Assembly: GCF_003019035.1 (NCBI RefSeq)
Contig: NZ_CP027447.1
Origin: Escherichia coli
Lineage (GTDB): Bacteria > Pseudomonadota > Gammaproteobacteria > Enterobacterales > Enterobacteriaceae
Length of the DNA stretch: 64,000 bases
Reading direction: 5' to 3' (one strand)
Shown piece after piece: positions 14,808 through 27,171 of the stretch (position 1 is its first letter; each line of letters starts with the position of its first letter). The notes beneath the pieces are model-generated. The model ran no database searches. It was not told the origin of the DNA and was given only the letters and a program-made list of their open reading frames with translations. A program made the position numbers and the translations under genes.

Positions 14808-17714
14808 TTACTGATGCGTTACAACGATCAAACGCAGGGCATCCAGACGCCAGCCTGCCTGATCCAGGCTTTCCATTACCTGCTGACGGTTGCTCTCAAT
14901 GGCGGTCAGTTCGTCGTCACGAATGTTCGGGTTCACTGCACGCAGAGCTTCCAGACGAGACAGCTCGGCAGACAGTTTTTCGTCGGCTTCGTTACGTGCG
15001 GCATCAATCAGTGCACGGGCAGATTTCTCGATCTGCGCTTCACCCAGCTGAAGGATAGCGTGAACATCCTGCTGCACGGCGTTAACCAGTTTGCTGCCGG
15101 TGTGACGGTTAACCGCGTTAAGCTGACGGTTAAAGGTTTCAAATTCTACCTGCGCCGCCAGGTTGTTGCCGTTTTTATCCAGCAGCATACGTACCGGCGT
15201 CGGTGGCAGGAAGCGGTTGAGCTGCAACTGCTTCGGAGCCTGGGCTTCAACGACATAAATCAGTTCCACCAACAGCGTACCTACCGGCAACGCTTTGTTT
15301 TTCAACAGTGAAATCGTGCTGCTACCAGTATCGCCAGAAAGGATCAGATCCAGACCGTTGCGGATCAGCGGATGCTCCCAGGTAATAAATTGCGCATCTT
15401 CACGCGCCAGCGCCACTTCACGGTCGAAGGTGATGGTGATGCCATCTTCCGACAGGCCAGGGAAGTCCGGCACCAGCATATGATCGGACGGCGTCAGCAC
15501 GATCATGTTGTCGCCGCGATCGTCCTGATTGATACCGATGATATCGAACAGGTTCATAGCGAAGGCGATCAGGTTGGTATCGTCATCCTGCTCTTCAATG
15601 CTTTCTGCCAGTGCCTGGGCTTTTTCGCCACCGTTGGAATGGATTTCCAGCAGGCGGTCACGACCTTGTTCCAGTTGTGCTTTCAGCGCTTCGTGCTGCT
15701 CACGGCAGTTTTTGATCAGATCGTCAAAGCCTTCGGTTTGATCCGGTGAAGCCAGATAGTTAATCAGATCGTTGTATACGCTATCGTAAATAGTGCGTCC
15801 GGTCGGGCAGGTGTGCTCGAATGCATCCAGACCTTCGTGATACCAGCGCACCAGCACCGACTGAGCAGTTTTCTCCAGATAAGGCACATGGATCTGAATA
15901 TCGTGCGCCTGGCCGATACGATCCAGACGACCAATACGCTGCTCCAGCAGATCCGGGTTGAATGGCAGGTCAAACATCACCATGTGGCTGGCGAACTGGA
16001 AGTTACGTCCTTCAGAACCGATTTCCGAGCACAGCAGTACCTGCGCACCGGTGTCTTCTTCAGCAAACCAGGCGGCAGCGCGGTCACGTTCAATAATCGA
16101 CATACCTTCGTGGAATACCGCGGCGCGAATACCTTCACGTTCGCGCAGTACCTGCTCCAGTTGCAGCGCAGTGGCAGCTTTGGCGCAGATCACCAGCACT
16201 TTCTGAGAGCGATGGCTGGTCAGGTAGCCCATCAGCCACTCAACGCGCGGATCGAAGTTCCACCAGGTGGCGTTATCGCCTTCAAATTCCTGATAAATAC
16301 GCTCCGGATAGAGCATATCGCGAGCGCGGTCTTCCGCACTTTTGCGTGCGCCCATAATGCCGGAGACTTTAATAGCCGTCTGATACTGTGTCGGCAGCGG
16401 CAGCTTAATGGTGTGCAGCTCGCGTTTCGGGAAGCCTTTCACACCGTTACGGGTGTTACGGAACAGCACGCGGCTGGTGCCGTGGCGATCCATCAGCATC
16501 GAAACCAGCTCCTGACGGGCGCTCTGGGCATCTTCGCTGTCGCTGTTTGCTGCTTGTAACAGCGGCTCGATATCCTGCTCGCCGATCATCTCGCCAAGCA
16601 TGTTCAGTTCGTCATTGCTCAGCTTGTTACCTGCCAGCAGCATGGCAACGGCGTCCGCAACCGGACGATAATTTTTCTGCTCTTCAACGAATTGCGCGAA
16701 ATCGTGGAAACGGTTCGGGTCCAGCAGACGCAGACGGGCGAAGTGGCTTTCCATCCCCAGCTGTTCCGGGGTTGCGGTCAGCAGCAGAACGCCCGGCACG
16801 TGCTCTGCCAGTTGTTCAATGGCCTGATATTCGCGGCTCGGCGCATCTTCGCTCCACACCAGGTGATGCGCTTCATCGACCACCAGCAGGTCCCACTCGG
16901 CTTCACAGAGATGTTCCAGACGCTGTTTGCTACGACGGGCAAAATCCAGCGAGCAAATCACCAGCTGTTCGGTGTCGAACGGGTTGTAAGCATCGTGCTG
17001 AGCTTCGGCATAACGCTCATCATCAAACAGAGCAAAGCGCAGGTTGAAACGGCGCAGCATTTCTACCAGCCACTGATGCTGTAAGGTTTCCGGGACGATA
17101 ATCAGCACACGTTCAGCAGCGCCAGAGAGCAGTTGCTGATGCAGGATCATCCCGGCTTCAATGGTTTTCCCTAAACCCACTTCGTCAGCCAACAGGACGC
17201 GCGGCGCGTGGCGGCGACCAACATCATGAGCGATGTTGAGCTGGTGCGGGATCAGGCTGGTACGCTGACCGCGCAGGCCGCTGTACGGCATACGGAACTG
17301 TTCGCTGGAATACTTACGCGCGCGATAACGCAGCGCAAAGCGGTCCATACGGTCAATCTGCCCGGCAAACAGACGGTCCTGCGGTTTGCTGAACACCAGT
17401 TTGCTATCAAGGAAAACTTCACGCAGGGCTACGCCGGACTCTTCAGTATCCAGGCGAGTACCGATATAGGTCAGCAAGCCATTTTCTTCTTTTACTTCTT
17501 CGACTTGCATCTGCCAGCCGTCATGGCTGGTAATGGTATCACCAGGGTTGAACATCACGCGGGTCACGGGGGAATCACTGCGTGCGTACAGACGGTTTTC
17601 ACCAGTAGATGGGAAAAGTAAAGTGACAGTTCGCGCATCCACCGCGACAACGGTTCCAAGTCCCAATTCGCTTTCTGTATCGCTGATCCAGCGTTGACCA
17701 AGTGTAAAAGGCAT
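14808..17714 (-). CDS. rapA: RNA polymerase-associated Swi2/Snf2 ATPase RapA (HepA)
   Basis: 968-aa [29 protein letters not shown]...; helicase motifs (GLGKT, DEAH). Confidence 0.95.
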
Positions 17715-17877
17715 ATGTGTTCGGCTCTATATCTTTAATTGCAGGCAATAACCACCCGCTACCGTGCTTATGAGGTAGTGGTGTTATTCAGGTCCAGGAA
17801 TGGAAAGGGCGCTATGGTACTGGATGGCAAAGCATTCGTCACGCATCAAAATGGTATCTGGCGAACTCTTTTTTTGC

Positions 17878-20229
17878 TCAAAATAGCCCAAGTTGCCCGG
17901 TCATAAGTGTAGCAAAATTATCCTCAATAAAAGGGAGTATTCCCTCCGCCACGGGTTGTAGCTGGCGGGTCAGATAGTGTTCGTAATCCAGCGGTGAACG
18001 TTGATAGTCCAGCGGCTCCGGGCCGTTGGTGGTCCATACGTACTTAATGGTGCCGCGGTTCTGATATTGCAAGGGGCGACCACGCTTTTGGTTTTCTTCA
18101 TCGGCAAGGCGAGCGGCGCGTACATGAGGCGGCACATTACGCTGATACTCGCTCAGCGGACGGCGAAGGCGTTTACGATAAACCAGCCGCGCATCCAGTT
18201 CACCCGCCATCAGTTTGTCGATGGTTTCGCGGACGTATTCCTGATATGGCTCGTTGCGGAAGATACGCAGGTAAAGCTCCTGCTGAAACTGCTGGGCCAG
18301 CGGCGTCCAGTCGGTGCGCACGGTTTCCAGCCCTTTAAACACCATCCGCTGCTTATCGCCCTCCTGAATCAGCCCGGCATAACGTTTTTTACTGCCGGTA
18401 TCGGCTCCGCGAATGGTTGGCATCAGAAAACGGCAGAAATGGGTTTCATACTCCAGTTCTAATGCGCTGGTCAGCCGTTGTTTTTGCAGCGTTTCTGCCC
18501 ACCAGGCGTTAACGTGCTGCACCAGTGCACGACCAATTTTCGCCGCTTCTTCTTCCGAATGTGCGCCTTTCAGCCAGACAAACGTTGAGTCGGTATCGCC
18601 GTAGATCACGTCGTAGCCCTGCGCTTCAATCAACGCTTTGGTTTGCCGCATGATCTGATGACCACGCATGGTGATCGACGATGCCAGGCGCGGATCGAAG
18701 AAGCGGCAGGCGGTGGTGCCGAGCACGCCATAAAAGGCATTCATGATGATTTTCAGCGCTTGCGACAGCGGCTTATTACCCTGACGTTTGGCTTCATCGC
18801 GCCCGTGCCAGATGTTAGTCACAATCTCCGGCAGGCAATGTTTCTCCCGTGAGAACCAGGCATCGAGAAAGCCTTCGGTGCTGTGCTCTGGATCAGGCAG
18901 CGCCATTCCTTCCACCAGCCCGACGGGATCAATCAAAAAGGTGCGGATGATCGACGGGTACAGGCTTTTGTAGTCCAGCACCAGCACCGAATCATAAAGC
19001 CCTGGCCGCGAATCCATCACATAGCCGCCAGGGCTGGCGTGCGGCGGCACTTCGCCGAGATTAGGCGCGACATATCCGGCGCGATGCATCCGGGGAAAAT
19101 AGAGATGACCAAACGCCGCCACCGAACCGCCGTGCCGGTCTACCGGCAGGCCGTTCACCGTCGCGCGTTCGAGTAAAAATGGCATGATTTCAGTTTTATG
19201 GAAGATTTGCGTCACCAGCTCGCAATCTTTCAGGTTATAAGTTGCCAGCGCAGGTTTATCTTCGGCGAAACGGCGGTCAATTTCGTCCATTCGATCCCAC
19301 GGATTATCGATAGATTTTCCTTCGCCTAACAATTCCTGGGCGACGGTTTCCAGCGAGAATGAAGAGAAATTCCAGAACGCGGATTTCAGCGCCTCGATAC
19401 CGTCGATAATTAGTCGACCTTTAGCCTGAGCAAAAAAGACACCGTTTTTAAAACCGTGCTCGCGCCACTCCAGCTCGCTGTTATCGCGCCCCAGCCGCAG
19501 TGGAATACGGTAACGCTCGGCATGTTTTTGCAGCATTCGCAGATCAAACTGCACCACGTTCCAACCGATGATCACATCAGGATCGTAGTTTGCAAACCAG
19601 GCGTTGAGTTTTTCCAGTAGCTGCGGGCGACTGGCGACGTATTCCAGTTCGAAATCGAGCGCGGAGGCGTCGCCATTCTCTGGTCCCAGCATATAAACGA
19701 TGCGCTGCCCGCAACCTTCCAGGCCGATGCAGTACAGCTCACCGTGGCGGGTGGTTTCAATATCAATAGAAACCCACTTGAGCGGCGGACGATAGTCGGG
19801 ATGCGGTTTCAGACGGGCATTAACGATAGCGCCATTGTGCATATCACCCTCGACCCACACCGGCGAGGTGATAAACCGCTCCATCAGATAGCGTTCTGGC
19901 GGACGCACATCGGCCTCGTAAACGGTAACGCCACCTTCACGCAGGCGCTTTTCGTAATTCATCAACTGGCGATGGGCGCGACAGTAAAGGCCATACACCG
20001 GCTGGCGGTGAAAATCCTTTAACGCCAGCGGCGTCAGGCGAAAGCCTTGCTCACCCTGTAAAATATGCTGGGCGCGGGGAACCTGATCGGCGGGAATAAA
20101 CGCCACGGATTCTTGCGGCGCAAGGAAAACCTGCAACGGCCCGTTGTCCGTCGCCAGCCAGAAGGAGACCTCGGTTCCTTGCGGGGTATCCCGCCAGTGT
20201 CGGGTTAAGATAAAACCTGCCTGCGCCAC
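17878..20229 (-). CDS. polB: DNA polymerase II
   Basis: 783-aa [42 protein letters not shown]...; family-B polymerase motif YGDTDS present. Confidence 0.95.
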   Translation of the reverse strand: MAQAGFILTRHWRDTPQGTEVSFWLATDNGPLQVFLAPQESVAFIPADQVPRAQHILQGEQGFRLTPLALKDFHRQPVYGLYCRAHRQLMNYEKRLREGGVTVYEADVRPPERYLMERFITSPVWVEGDMHNGAIVNARLKPHPDYRPPLKWVSIDIETTRHGELYCIGLEGCGQRIVYMLGPENGDASALDFELEYVASRPQLLEKLNAWFANYDPDVIIGWNVVQFDLRMLQKHAERYRIPLRLGRDNSELEWREHGFKNGVFFAQAKGRLIIDGIEALKSAFWNFSSFSLETVAQELLGEGKSIDNPWDRMDEIDRRFAEDKPALATYNLKDCELVTQIFHKTEIMPFLLERATVNGLPVDRHGGSVAAFGHLYFPRMHRAGYVAPNLGEVPPHASPGGYVMDSRPGLYDSVLVLDYKSLYPSIIRTFLIDPVGLVEGMALPDPEHSTEGFLDAWFSREKHCLPEIVTNIWHGRDEAKRQGNKPLSQALKIIMNAFYGVLGTTACRFFDPRLASSITMRGHQIMRQTKALIEAQGYDVIYGDTDSTFVWLKGAHSEEEAAKIGRALVQHVNAWWAETLQKQRLTSALELEYETHFCRFLMPTIRGADTGSKKRYAGLIQEGDKQRMVFKGLETVRTDWTPLAQQFQQELYLRIFRNEPYQEYVRETIDKLMAGELDARLVYRKRLRRPLSEYQRNVPPHVRAARLADEENQKRGRPLQYQNRGTIKYVWTTNGPEPLDYQRSPLDYEHYLTRQLQPVAEGILPFIEDNFATLMTGQLGLF

Positions 20230-20244
20230 GCTGTAATTCCATCA

Positions 20245-20275
20245 AAAAACCAGGCTTGATTATAGCCTGGTTTAC
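20245..20275 (-). terminator. terminator-like hairpin immediately upstream of polB
   Basis: aaaccaggc-ttgattata-gcctggttt; on the minus strand the stem is followed by TTTTTTGA; marks the polB-proximal edge of the AT-rich island. Confidence 0.4.
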
Positions 20276-20527
20276 TGTGGGGTACTGATATTTTGTACAG
20301 TAATATTTAACGAAAATGGCATCAATTAACTTTGGTTTCTCTTGTGATAAAAAGGTTCCTGCTTTATTCAATGTTTACATTTTCTGATTATCGGACGATT
20401 TCTGTTTGGGTTATATTAAGGTAATAAGGTGTAATGGTAATCATATATAAATGGTGACATATATTCATTGCATCAATTGAGTTCAGGGGTGTGGTGAAAA
20501 AAGTGACTTTTGAAGGACCAAAGGGAA

Positions 20528-20860
20528 ATGAATACTCTGCCGAGTGATTGTATTATGGTAGTTAATATAAGTGATAATTTCATTGAAACTGTAGTGGCCG
20601 GATGTAATAACGTTAAAAAAATCCAACAGTTGGTTTTTTCTGGTAATAAAGACCGATTTAGCAAAAATATCAGTAATGAAAATGAAAAACTAAGTGTAAT
20701 CAATGAACTTATTAGTGCGGACGCTTTATTTTGCTTTGGTTATGGTTGGTATCCATCAGAAATTATAGCTGATTATACGCAGAAAGGTATTATTAACAGA
20801 CCCTATAAGATAATCACCTGGACTAGTAAAACGACATTTTTGATTGAAGAGCGTAATTAA
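20528..20860 (+). CDS. hypothetical protein (island ORF A), no family recognised
   Basis: ORF track 20510..20860 (TTG start); first ATG at 20528 preceded by aaggga; 110 aa MNTLPSDCIMVVNISDNF...; AT-rich codon usage. Confidence 0.4.
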   Translation: MNTLPSDCIMVVNISDNFIETVVAGCNNVKKIQQLVFSGNKDRFSKNISNENEKLSVINELISADALFCFGYGWYPSEIIADYTQKGIINRPYKIITWTSKTTFLIEERN

Positions 20861-20934
20861 TTCGGAGGGAAGATGAGAAAGGTTCGGGTTACCATTACAT
20901 TATACTCTTCAGAGCAAAAACGGCATCGTGGCCT

Positions 20935-21201
20935 TTGTTACCATCTAACCGTTTTTACGGCTGTCCTGTCTTTTTTAAAGGGAGCAATGAATTATCTTCA
21001 TATGGTTATGACTGCCGGATTGACATTGACAGCTATGGAAAAATGATTCACCCTGGCGAAACGGTCCACAATCTTGAGATGGCATTTTTATCTCCTGAAC
21101 TTGTAATGTCGTGGCTCATCTGTGGCAGTGAGTTTCTGCTGTGGGAAGCCGGATTTATAGGTGAAGGCGTTATAACGGATATTTTACCCGCAGAATTATG
21201 A
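20935..21201 (+). CDS. hypothetical protein (island ORF B); start uncertain (TTG 20935 per ORF track, ATG 21043 alternative; frame is open back to 20857)
   Basis: 88-aa frame ending ...LICGSEFLLWEAGFIGEGVITDILPAEL; overlapped by a 57-codon frame-2 ORF 20873..21046 that has a GGAGGG ribosome-binding site. Confidence 0.3.
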   Translation: MLPSNRFYGCPVFFKGSNELSSYGYDCRIDIDSYGKMIHPGETVHNLEMAFLSPELVMSWLICGSEFLLWEAGFIGEGVITDILPAEL

Positions 21202-21216
21202 TAAAAGGATGATGAA

Positions 21217-21660
21217 ATGAGTAAATTCCCTATTGTTAAATTGCATGAAAAATTTACGCTGGTGTCATGGGAACCCGTATTAGATTATAGTGGACTCGGT
21301 CAACTTATAAAAAATTATTTTCATATTGCCATTCATGATGAGTATTTAACCTTTGTTACCCTGATGGCAGACGTTGAATTAAAGGTGATGGATTCATCGT
21401 GGCATATCAGAATTTGGGGAGCCGCAGGATGTAGTGAGATGAATGCCGCATACCATATTCAGGATTATATTCCAGACGCTCTGGCGATTGGCGATAATGA
21501 AGGCGGGAAAGTGATTTTTTATGCCGAAGGAAAGGAGGGATTTGGTTTGTATCTCGTCGGTTTCGATAATGTAGATCTTGATGATGCGGTGTATATCGCC
21601 CCATCATTAAACGCACTGTTAATTGAGGGAATAGGGGCGGAAATTTTTCTTGCTGCCTGA
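21217..21660 (+). CDS. hypothetical protein (island ORF C); tentatively immunity-protein-like (SUKH/SMI1-KNR4-type C-terminal pattern)
   Basis: 147-aa ORF with good RBS (aaggatga, 21205-21212); C-terminal IAIGDNEGGKVIFYAEGKEGFGLYLVGFDNVDLDDAVYIAPSLNALL; family assignment is pattern recall, not a search. Confidence 0.5.
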   Translation: MSKFPIVKLHEKFTLVSWEPVLDYSGLGQLIKNYFHIAIHDEYLTFVTLMADVELKVMDSSWHIRIWGAAGCSEMNAAYHIQDYIPDALAIGDNEGGKVIFYAEGKEGFGLYLVGFDNVDLDDAVYIAPSLNALLIEGIGAEIFLAA

Positions 21661-21667
21661 GTGATAA

Positions 21668-21700
21668 TAAAAAAGAAGCACCTGTTACCCAGATGCTTCT
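21668..21700 (-). terminator. rho-independent terminator downstream of araD (hairpin also abuts the end of island ORF C)
   Basis: agaagca-cctgttacccag-atgcttct stem-loop; on the minus strand followed by TTTTTTATT. Confidence 0.5.
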
Positions 21701-21706
21701 CTTAAA

Positions 21707-22402
21707 TCACTGCCCGTAATATGCCTTCGCACCATGCTTACGCAGATAGTGTTTATCCAGCAGCGTTTGCTGCATATCCGGTAACTGCGGCGCTAACTGA
21801 CGGCAGAATATCCCCATATAAGCGACCTCTTCCAGCACGATGGCGTTATGCACTGCATCTTCGGCATTTTTGCCCCATGCAAATGGGCCGTGAGAATGGA
21901 CCAGGACGCCGGGCATTTGCGCCGCATCGATACCCTGTTTTTCGAAGGTTTCTACGATGACGTTACCGGTTTCCCACTCATATTCACCGTTGATTTCTGC
22001 GTCGGTCATTTTGCGGGTGCAGGGAATGGTGCCGTAGAAATAGTCGGCGTGGGTGGTACCGGTTGCTGGAATCGACTGACCCGCCTGCGCCCAGATGGTG
22101 GCGTGGCGCGAGTGTGTGTGCACAATGCCGCCAATGGACTGGAATGCCTGATAGAGCAGCCGGTGAGTTGGCGTGTCGGAGGAGGGCTTTTTCGTTCCTT
22201 CAACCACTTCACCGGTTTCGATGCTGACCACGACCATATCGTCAGCGGTCATGACGTTGTAATCGACGCCGGAAGGTTTGATCACCAAGACGCCGCGCTC
22301 GCGATCAACGGCGCTGACGTTACCCCATGTGAGCGTGACCAGGTTATGTTTTGGCAGCGCCAAATTGGCTTCTAATACCTGGCGTTTGAGATCTTCTAAC
22401 AT
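21707..22402 (-). CDS. araD: L-ribulose-5-phosphate 4-epimerase
   Basis: ORF track 21707..22432; start trimmed to [30 protein letters not shown]... giving 231 aa. Confidence 0.95.
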   Translation of the reverse strand: MLEDLKRQVLEANLALPKHNLVTLTWGNVSAVDRERGVLVIKPSGVDYNVMTADDMVVVSIETGEVVEGTKKPSSDTPTHRLLYQAFQSIGGIVHTHSRHATIWAQAGQSIPATGTTHADYFYGTIPCTRKMTDAEINGEYEWETGNVIVETFEKQGIDAAQMPGVLVHSHGPFAWGKNAEDAVHNAIVLEEVAYMGIFCRQLAPQLPDMQQTLLDKHYLRKHGAKAYYGQ

Positions 22403-22424
22403 GTTGACTCCTGAGAGGTCGTTT

Positions 22425-22462
22425 CCCCTCACCCCGGCCCTCTCCCCAAAGGGGCGAGGGGG
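22425..22462. repeat. GC-rich imperfect palindromic intergenic repeat (cccctcaccc...ccctctcccc-aaa-ggggcgaggg)
   Basis: Read directly; a second copy lies at 27961-28010. Confidence 0.6.
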
Positions 22463-22470
22463 AAAACAAT

Positions 22471-22652
22471 GCCGGATGCGCTTTGCTTATCCGGCCTACA
22501 AAATCACAGCGTGTAGGCCTGATAAGACGCGTCGGCGTCGCATCAGGCGGTGAATGCCGGATGCGCTTTGCTTATCCGGCCTACAAAATCACAGCGTGTA
22601 GGCCTGATAAGACGCGTCAGCGTCGCATCAGGCGTTACACACCTGATGCGGC
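22471..22652. repeat. REP/BIME-type palindromic elements, ~84-bp unit duplicated in tandem
   Basis: gccggatgcgctttgcttatccggcctacaaaatcacagcgtgtaggcctgataagacgcgtc(g/a)gcgtcgcatcaggcg present twice (22471-22554, 22555-22638) plus a partial palindrome to 22652. Confidence 0.8.
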
Positions 22653-22655
22653 TAC

Positions 22656-24158
22656 TTAGCGACGAAACCCGTAATACACTTCGTTCCAGCGCAGCGCGTC
22701 TTTAAACGCTGGCAGGCGGGTGTCGTTATCAATCACCGTGATTTCAATGTCGTGCATCTCGGCGAACTGGCGCATATCGTTGAGGCTCAGCGCATGGCTG
22801 AAAACGGTATGGTGCGCGCCACCAGCGAGGATCCACGCTTCGGAAGCAGTTGGCAGATCCGGTTGCGCTTTCCACAGCGCATTCGCCACCGGCAGTTTCG
22901 GCAGGGAGTGCGGTGTTTTCACCGTGTCGATGCAGTTAACCAGCAGACGGTAACGATCGCCGAGATCAATCAGACTGGCGACAATGGCCGGACCGGTTTG
23001 AGTGTTGAAGATCAGGCGGGCAGGATCTTCTTTACCGCCAATACCGAGGTGCTGAACGTCGAGGATCGGCTTCTCTTCGACGGCGATCGACGGGCAGACT
23101 TCCAGCATATGGGAGCCGAGCACCAGGTCATTGCCTTTCTCGAAGTGATAGGTGTAGTCCTCCATAAAGGAGGTGCCGCCCTGCAGACCGGTTGACATCA
23201 CCTTCATGATGCGAAGCAGGGCGGCAGTTTTCCAGTCGCCTTCGCCCGCAAAGCCGTAGCCCTGCTGCATCAGACGCTGTACGGCCAGACCAGGAAGCTG
23301 CTTCAGACCGTGCAAATCTTCAAAGGTGGTGGTGAACGCGTGGAAGCCACCTTGTTCCAGGAAACGCTTCATCCCCAGCTCAATACGCGCCGCTTCCAGC
23401 ACGTTCTGTCGTTTTTCGCCGTGGATTTGTGTGGCAGGTGTCATGGTGTAGCAGCTTTCGTACTCATCGACCAGCGCGTTAACATCGCCGTCGCTGATGG
23501 AGTTCACTACCTGCACCAGATCGCCAACCGCCCAGGTATTGACGGAGAAACCGAACTTGATCTGTGCGGCAACTTTATCGCCATCGGTGACCGCTACTTC
23601 ACGCATGTTATCGCCAAAACGGCAGACTTTCAGATGACGGGTATCCTGTTTAGAGACCGCCTGACGCATCCAGGAGCCGATACGCTCATGTGCTTGTTTA
23701 TCCTGCCAGTGACCGGTAACGACGGCATGTTGCTGACGCATACGCGCGCCGATGAAGCCGAACTCGCGACCGCCATGCGCGGTCTGGTTCAGGTTCATAA
23801 AGTCCATGTCGATGCTGTCCCACGGCAGCGCCGCGTTGAACTGGGTGTGGAATTGCAGCAACGGTTTGTTGAGCATGGTCAGGCCGTTGATCCACATTTT
23901 GGCCGGGGAGAAGGTGTGCAGCCACACCACCAGACCAGCGCAACGATCGTCGTAATTCGCGTCACGGCAAATAGCGGTGATTTCATCCGGCGTGGTGCCC
24001 AGCGGTTTCAGCACCAGTTTGCAGGGCAGTTTCGCTTCCGTATTCAGCGCATTAACGACGTGCTCGGCATGTTGGGTGACCTGACGCAGGGTTTCCGGGC
24101 CATACAGATGCTGGCTGCCAATTACAAACCACACTTCATAATTATCAAAAATCGTCAT
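22656..24158 (-). CDS. araA: L-arabinose isomerase
   Basis: 500-aa [42 protein letters not shown]... Confidence 0.95.
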   Translation of the reverse strand: MTIFDNYEVWFVIGSQHLYGPETLRQVTQHAEHVVNALNTEAKLPCKLVLKPLGTTPDEITAICRDANYDDRCAGLVVWLHTFSPAKMWINGLTMLNKPLLQFHTQFNAALPWDSIDMDFMNLNQTAHGGREFGFIGARMRQQHAVVTGHWQDKQAHERIGSWMRQAVSKQDTRHLKVCRFGDNMREVAVTDGDKVAAQIKFGFSVNTWAVGDLVQVVNSISDGDVNALVDEYESCYTMTPATQIHGEKRQNVLEAARIELGMKRFLEQGGFHAFTTTFEDLHGLKQLPGLAVQRLMQQGYGFAGEGDWKTAALLRIMKVMSTGLQGGTSFMEDYTYHFEKGNDLVLGSHMLEVCPSIAVEEKPILDVQHLGIGGKEDPARLIFNTQTGPAIVASLIDLGDRYRLLVNCIDTVKTPHSLPKLPVANALWKAQPDLPTASEAWILAGGAHHTVFSHALSLNDMRQFAEMHDIEITVIDNDTRLPAFKDALRWNEVYYGFRR

Positions 24159-24168
24159 TATCGTGTCC

Positions 24169-26207
<2,039 letters not shown>

Positions 26208-27086
26208 ATGGCTGAAGCGCAAAATGATCCCCTGCTGCCGGGATACTCGTTTAACGCCCATCTGGTGGCGGGTTTAACGCCGATTGAGGCCAACGGTTAT
26301 CTCGATTTTTTTATCGACCGACCACTGGGAATGAAGGGTTATATTCTCAATCTCACCATACGCGGCCAGGGGGTGGTGAAAAATCAGGGACGAGAATTTG
26401 TCTGCCGACCGGGTGATATTTTGCTGTTCCCGCCAGGAGAGATTCATCACTACGGTCGTCATCCGGAGGCTCGCGAATGGTATCACCAGTGGGTTTACTT
26501 TCGTCCGCGCGCCTACTGGCATGAATGGCTTAACTGGCCGTCAATATTTGCCAATACGGGTTTCTTTCGCCCGGATGAAGCGCACCAGCCGCATTTCAGC
26601 GACCTGTTTGGGCAAATCATTAACGCCGGGCAAGGGGAAGGGCGCTATTCGGAGCTGCTGGCGATAAATCTGCTTGAGCAATTGTTACTGCGGCGCATGG
26701 AAGCGATTAACGAGTCGCTCCATCCACCGATGGATAATCGGGTACGCGAGGCTTGTCAGTACATCAGCGATCATCTCGCAGACAGCAATTTTGATATCGC
26801 CAGCGTCGCACAGCATGTTTGCTTGTCGCCGTCGCGTCTGTCACATCTTTTCCGCCAGCAGTTAGGGATTAGCGTCTTAAGCTGGCGCGAGGACCAACGC
26901 ATTAGTCAGGCGAAGCTGCTTTTGAGCACCACCCGGATGCCTATCGCTACCGTCGGTCGCAATGTTGGTTTTGACGATCAACTCTATTTCTCGCGAGTAT
27001 TTAAAAAATGCACCGGGGCCAGCCCGAGTGAATTCCGTGCCGGTTGTGAAGAAAAAGTGAATGATGTAGCCGTCAAGTTGTCATAA
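26208..27086 (+). CDS. araC: arabinose operon regulator AraC
   Basis: ORF track 26157..27086; start trimmed to [45 protein letters not shown]... giving 292 aa. Confidence 0.95.
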
Positions 27087-27171
27087 TTGGTAACGAATCA
27101 GACAATTGACGGCTTGACGGAGTAGCATAGGGTTTGCAGAATCCCTGCTTCGTCCATTTGACAGGCACATT

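Noticed and set aside
15813-16559. 248-aa plus-strand ORF inside rapA (similar long antisense frames at 23310-24467 opposite araA/araB, 41925-42683 opposite ilvI, 60842-62023 opposite ftsZ)
   Set aside because: Fully embedded antisense to well-conserved genes; GC-rich shadow frames with low-complexity, Arg/His-rich translations and no RBS; typical non-coding open frames
20473-20703. 76-aa minus-strand ORF in the polB-araD island
   Set aside because: Antisense to island ORF A, no RBS, low-complexity translation; the plus-strand ORFs have RBSs and operon-like spacing
22471-22652. Possible CRISPR array (tandem ~84-bp repeats)
   Set aside because: Units are complete duplications of REP palindromes with no unique spacers and no cas genes nearby; this is a BIME/REP cluster
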